A stretch of 64,000 nucleotides of DNA. It comes from an uncultured Barnesiella sp. GTDB taxonomy: Bacteria > Bacteroidota > Bacteroidia > Bacteroidales > Barnesiellaceae_A. The stretch covers positions 120,570 through 184,569 of the forward strand of contig CALUJY010000005.1 in assembly GCA_944321085.1 (NCBI GenBank). Direction: 5' to 3'. The translations under genes were made by a program, and so were the position numbers. Under the pieces are notes generated by a model that worked only from the letters and a program-made list of their open reading frames with translations, was not told the origin of the DNA and searched no databases. Positions 60,427 to 64,000 of this stretch are shown piece after piece. Within the stretch, counting starts at the first letter, position 1. Each line of letters opens with the position of its first letter.

Positions 60427-62085
60427 TTATTTGTTGCGTTCTTTGCTACGTTCAATGGCCACTTCGTAAGCCTGCTGGTAGTAGGCAATGAAGTTTTTCC
60501 ATTCAGCTTCGGCAGCTTGTTTCGATGCTGCCTTGTTCAGGGCTGTTTTGGCATTCTTTTTTAATTGTACCAGCGACACGAGGGTCGATGCCAATTGTTC
60601 CGAAACGTCTGTAAAGTTGTTGTCGTTGCGTTGCAGTACCTCTACGCCTGTCTCTTGCATCGAGTGGGCTTCGTGACCGATAATCCATTGTCCGAATCCC
60701 GATAACTGCGTGGTGATGGTGGGTATCCCGAAAGCGATACTCTCCAAGGGGGTGTATCCCCATGGCTCGTAATAGCTGGGGAATGCCGTGGCATCCATAC
60801 CCATGAGCAGGTCGTAATAAGGCATGTCGAGTAACCCGTCGTTACCGGTAAGATACGATGGTATGAAAATCAGTTTTACAGGGTTGTTGGGGCGGTTGTC
60901 TATGCCGATATAATGTATTTGATTGATAATGTTGTCGCTGTCGTAATTGTGCAGGCGGTGGGTTACGATGGGGTCGGGCAGGGGAGTGAAGAACATGCCG
61001 TCGCTCTCCATGCGTTCTTTCAGGTCGGCACGCGGAGCATCTACCCATCCCGGTGTCATGATGAATGCGATTATTTCGCGTTCAATGTCGTTGCGTCGGG
61101 CTATACGTCCGATAGCATCTATAAAGAGGTCTATACCTTTATTGCGATATTCATATCGACCAGAGGTGGCTATCAAGAAAGCATCGGCGGCGGGGCGGTA
61201 GCCTGTCAGGTTTTGCACGACGCGCAACAGGGTGGTACGGGCTTGTATGCGTTTTTCGGCCATCACCTTTTGTGAGGGGACAAAGTTGCGCTCAAAGCCG
61301 TTGGGAGTTACCACGTCGGGGGTGCGTTGCAAGAGCTGGGCGCACTCTTTGGCTGTAATGTCGCTTACGGTGGTGAAGCAGTCGGCTTGTTGTGCAGCAT
61401 GCTTTTCTACCGAATGTTTCGACTCCATGTTCAGCTCGTGAGCCATTTGGTCGCCGTTGTAGGCTTGCAGATAGTCGTATAATGGTTTATTGTTGCCGGC
61501 GATAGAACGGCCTATCGAAGTGGCATGCGTGGTGAATACCGTGGCGATTTGCGGGACAAACTGTTTGATATAGAGTAGTCCCATGCCCGTAGTCCATTCA
61601 TCGAAATGGGCGACAATGCGTTTGTTATTGTCCCCTATGAAGTTGTGATAATTCTCTATGACCAAAGCCGAAGCCCAAGCAAAGGCCGAAGCCTCGTCGT
61701 AGTCGCCGTATGCGTGTAACGAATCTACACCGTATAAATCCCACATGAGTTTGTAGAAATCGTTCTTGTGAGAATATAGCGGGGTAAAATCTACCAAGAT
61801 AACAAGTGGGTTGCCCGGTACGTTCCAGCGGCCGGTGCGCACTTTCAGCCCGTAGGGTAATTGGGCTTGTGCTGCCCACGTACTCATAACCGTCTCATCT
61901 TCAATAAAAAACGGTGAGTTTTTTTCTTTCCATATATCAGGCCCTATAAAAATGATTTTGTCTTTATAAAGGCGTTGCAGTGTCTTTGCTTTTGTCGATA
62001 AAACTGTATATATGCCGCCTACGAGGTTACATACTTCCCAACTTACCTCAAAAATGTATTCGGGCATATTTGTATCGTTTCTCAT
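60427..62085 (-). CDS. Glycogen synthase, GT3 family
   Basis: FEVSWEVCNLVGGIYTV, FTTHATSIGR, SGRYEYRNKG, FPSYYEPWGYTPLE. Confidence 0.92.
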   Translation of the reverse strand: MRNDTNMPEYIFEVSWEVCNLVGGIYTVLSTKAKTLQRLYKDKIIFIGPDIWKEKNSPFFIEDETVMSTWAAQAQLPYGLKVRTGRWNVPGNPLVILVDFTPLYSHKNDFYKLMWDLYGVDSLHAYGDYDEASAFAWASALVIENYHNFIGDNNKRIVAHFDEWTTGMGLLYIKQFVPQIATVFTTHATSIGRSIAGNNKPLYDYLQAYNGDQMAHELNMESKHSVEKHAAQQADCFTTVSDITAKECAQLLQRTPDVVTPNGFERNFVPSQKVMAEKRIQARTTLLRVVQNLTGYRPAADAFLIATSGRYEYRNKGIDLFIDAIGRIARRNDIEREIIAFIMTPGWVDAPRADLKERMESDGMFFTPLPDPIVTHRLHNYDSDNIINQIHYIGIDNRPNNPVKLIFIPSYLTGNDGLLDMPYYDLLMGMDATAFPSYYEPWGYTPLESIAFGIPTITTQLSGFGQWIIGHEAHSMQETGVEVLQRNDNNFTDVSEQLASTLVSLVQLKKNAKTALNKAASKQAAEAEWKNFIAYYQQAYEVAIERSKERNK

Positions 62086-62304
62086 AAAATCGTATTATAT
62101 CAGTTCCTATAATTGACCGCAAAAGTACAATAAAATTCTTTTTCTCAGAAATATGATGTGTTGTTTTTTCCTGCACTCTCTTATGCAATCGTTGTCGTCA
62201 TGCCCGACAGCGACATAGAAATGTTTTTTATGGCAGATGTATAGCTTCGTATTCCGATTTTTTTAGTTACATTTGTCCATTACAAACATTCAAATTATGT
62301 ACCT

Positions 62305-62592
62305 ATGGCAAGTAAGAGACAATTGAAAAAAGAAATCAACATGGTTATTACGGACTTGGCGGGAGAATATCTGTTGATGCGGAATTTGGTGCCCGGTGTC
62401 GATACAGAGAAAGCCGATGCCGTGATGTATAAAATCATAGATATTCGTAATGAGTTTATTCGTCGCGTTGGTGCCAATGGCGGCAAAGACCCCAAGCTCG
62501 TGGCAGCATATTACAAAAAACTGCGTTCCGATTTCTGTCAGCGTGTCGATGAGGTACTCTCTGATTTCGAGGCATTGACACCAAAAGATTGA
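62305..62592 (+). CDS. Small helical hypothetical protein of a type seen in Bacteroidales
   Basis: MASKRQLKKEIN..AYYKKLRSDF; TACATTTG -7 box at 62268; first gene of a three-gene unit. Confidence 0.75.
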   Translation: MASKRQLKKEINMVITDLAGEYLLMRNLVPGVDTEKADAVMYKIIDIRNEFIRRVGANGGKDPKLVAAYYKKLRSDFCQRVDEVLSDFEALTPKD

Positions 62593-62596
62593 TACG

Positions 62597-63154
62597 ATGG
62601 CGCGGCCTGCGTCGTGGGCGGCATGGATATTGCGCGCCTGCGGATGGACAGTCTCGGCTACTGTCCCCGAGTATAAGAAATATGTCATTTGTGTTGCTCC
62701 GCATACGAGTAACTGGGATTTTATTATGGGTGAGTTGGCCTATCTTGCGTTGGGACGCAGAGCAGGTTTCCTGATGAAGAAAGATTGGTTTTTCTTCCCT
62801 TTGGGTTGTCTGTTCAAGGCTATCGGCGGTATCCCCGTTGAGCGCAGCAAGCATACCGATATGGTAGAGCAGGTGGCTCGCCGGTTCGACGAAGCCGACT
62901 CATTGGCTATTGCCATTACCCCCGAGGCAACTCGCAAGCCCAACAAAGAGTGGAAGCGCGGGTTCTATTACATAGCCCGTCGTGCGTGTGTGCCTATCGT
63001 GTTAGCTTATATCGATTATGGTAAGAAACGCATCGGCATAGACCGCGAGTTTACGCCTACCGGCGATGTCGAGGCCGACATGAATGAAATAAAACGTTAT
63101 TACATGCAGTTCGAGGGCAAAAACAAAGACAATTTTATTACCGGGCTCGAATGA
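62597..63154 (+). CDS. PlsC-like 1-acyl-glycerol-3-phosphate acyltransferase
   Basis: APHTSNWD (HxxxxD), GGIPVER, ITPEATR. Confidence 0.9.
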   Translation: MARPASWAAWILRACGWTVSATVPEYKKYVICVAPHTSNWDFIMGELAYLALGRRAGFLMKKDWFFFPLGCLFKAIGGIPVERSKHTDMVEQVARRFDEADSLAIAITPEATRKPNKEWKRGFYYIARRACVPIVLAYIDYGKKRIGIDREFTPTGDVEADMNEIKRYYMQFEGKNKDNFITGLE

Positions 63155-63163
63155 CGTAAGTAT

Positions 63164-63946
63164 ATGGATAGATTGCAGATTGCGCTGTTGCAGAATGGTA
63201 TAGCATGGGAAGACAAGATTGCCAACTTGGCGTCGTGTGAAGCCCGCCTTGCTACATTGAGCGGCAAGGTGCAGGTGGCAGTCCTGCCCGAGATGTTTAC
63301 TACCGGATTTACGATGAGTGCCTCTTCGCTGGCCGAGGAGAACGACGGTACGACCCTGCAAACCCTCCGAAAGTGGGCTGCCGATTACGATATAGCTCTT
63401 GTCGGCAGTTATATAGCCCGTGAGGGAGAGGCCTGCTATAACAGGGGCTTTTTCGTTACGCCCGACGGTGAGGCGCGTTTCTACGACAAACGCCATCTTT
63501 TCCGTATGGGCGAGGAGGGGCGTTATTTCAAATCCGGCAATCGACGGCTGGTAGTAGAGTATAAAGGGTGGCGTATCGCTTTGTTTGTGTGCTACGATAT
63601 ACGGTTTCCCGTATGGTGTCGTAATGTTGCCAACGAATACGACCTCGCACTCTATGTCGCTTCGTGGCCTCGTGTACGGGCTCATGCGTGGTGCAGCCTT
63701 TTGGTGGCACGAGCCATAGAGAATGCTGCCTATGTGTGTGGCGTGAACCGCGTAGGTTGCGATAACATGGGTTTGGTATATAACGGCGATACGATGGCCA
63801 TAGACTTCAAAGGCAATACGTTGGCGAAAGCTCCCGATGGTGAGGAGGCTGTTGTGGTCGTGGAATTGGACAAACTTGCTCTGCAATCTTTCAGAGAAAA
63901 ATTCCCGGTATGGCGCGATGCCGATACCTTTACAATCGACTTGTGA
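63164..63946 (+). CDS. Nitrilase-family omega-amidase (YafV-like)
   Basis: LPEMFTTGF, YDKRHLF, VCYDIRFP catalytic triad, ARAIEN. Confidence 0.92.
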   Translation: MDRLQIALLQNGIAWEDKIANLASCEARLATLSGKVQVAVLPEMFTTGFTMSASSLAEENDGTTLQTLRKWAADYDIALVGSYIAREGEACYNRGFFVTPDGEARFYDKRHLFRMGEEGRYFKSGNRRLVVEYKGWRIALFVCYDIRFPVWCRNVANEYDLALYVASWPRVRAHAWCSLLVARAIENAAYVCGVNRVGCDNMGLVYNGDTMAIDFKGNTLAKAPDGEEAVVVVELDKLALQSFREKFPVWRDADTFTIDL

Positions 63947-64000
63947 CGTTTGCCGATTATAACGGTAATATAAATAAAGAAACCGACCTCAGTTATTTTT

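Overview
Core chromosome segment of a gut or oral Bacteroidales bacterium. Most transcription units begin with the Bacteroidota sigma-A -7 box TAnnTTTG, and the tmRNA tag is GENNYALAA. It encodes type IX secretion parts (sprA/sov 5' end, porQ, a CTD-bearing cargo protein), which points away from Bacteroides sensu stricto. Contents in order: sprA, ruvA, DUF4250; an iorA-iorB-aminotransferase-CoA transferase operon; porQ-cmk-ispH; an orphan FimB/Mfa2-like lipoprotein; dpp4-miaA; pstSCAB-phoU; lgt; tRNA-Ser(CGA); hemW; EF-G2 (fusA2) with an upstream Cur-like palindrome; rprXY; mdh; a B3/4 plus YciO pair; a motif-degenerate Fic-wHTH gene beside tmRNA; trmH-radA; MATE; a transglutaminase-like protein; a CAT-family acetyltransferase; a lipoprotein debranching-type glycosidase; cca; tatAC; fabD; glycogen synthase and phosphorylase. 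I found no CRISPR array, transposase, integrase or prophage. Best candidates for novel biology: (1) the self-contained amino acid to keto acid to acyl-CoA to free acid operon, (2) the Fic protein with a rewired active-site loop, (3) the B3/4-YciO pair, (4) a possible sRNA locus between hemW and fusA2. All product calls come from motif recognition by eye; no database searches were run.
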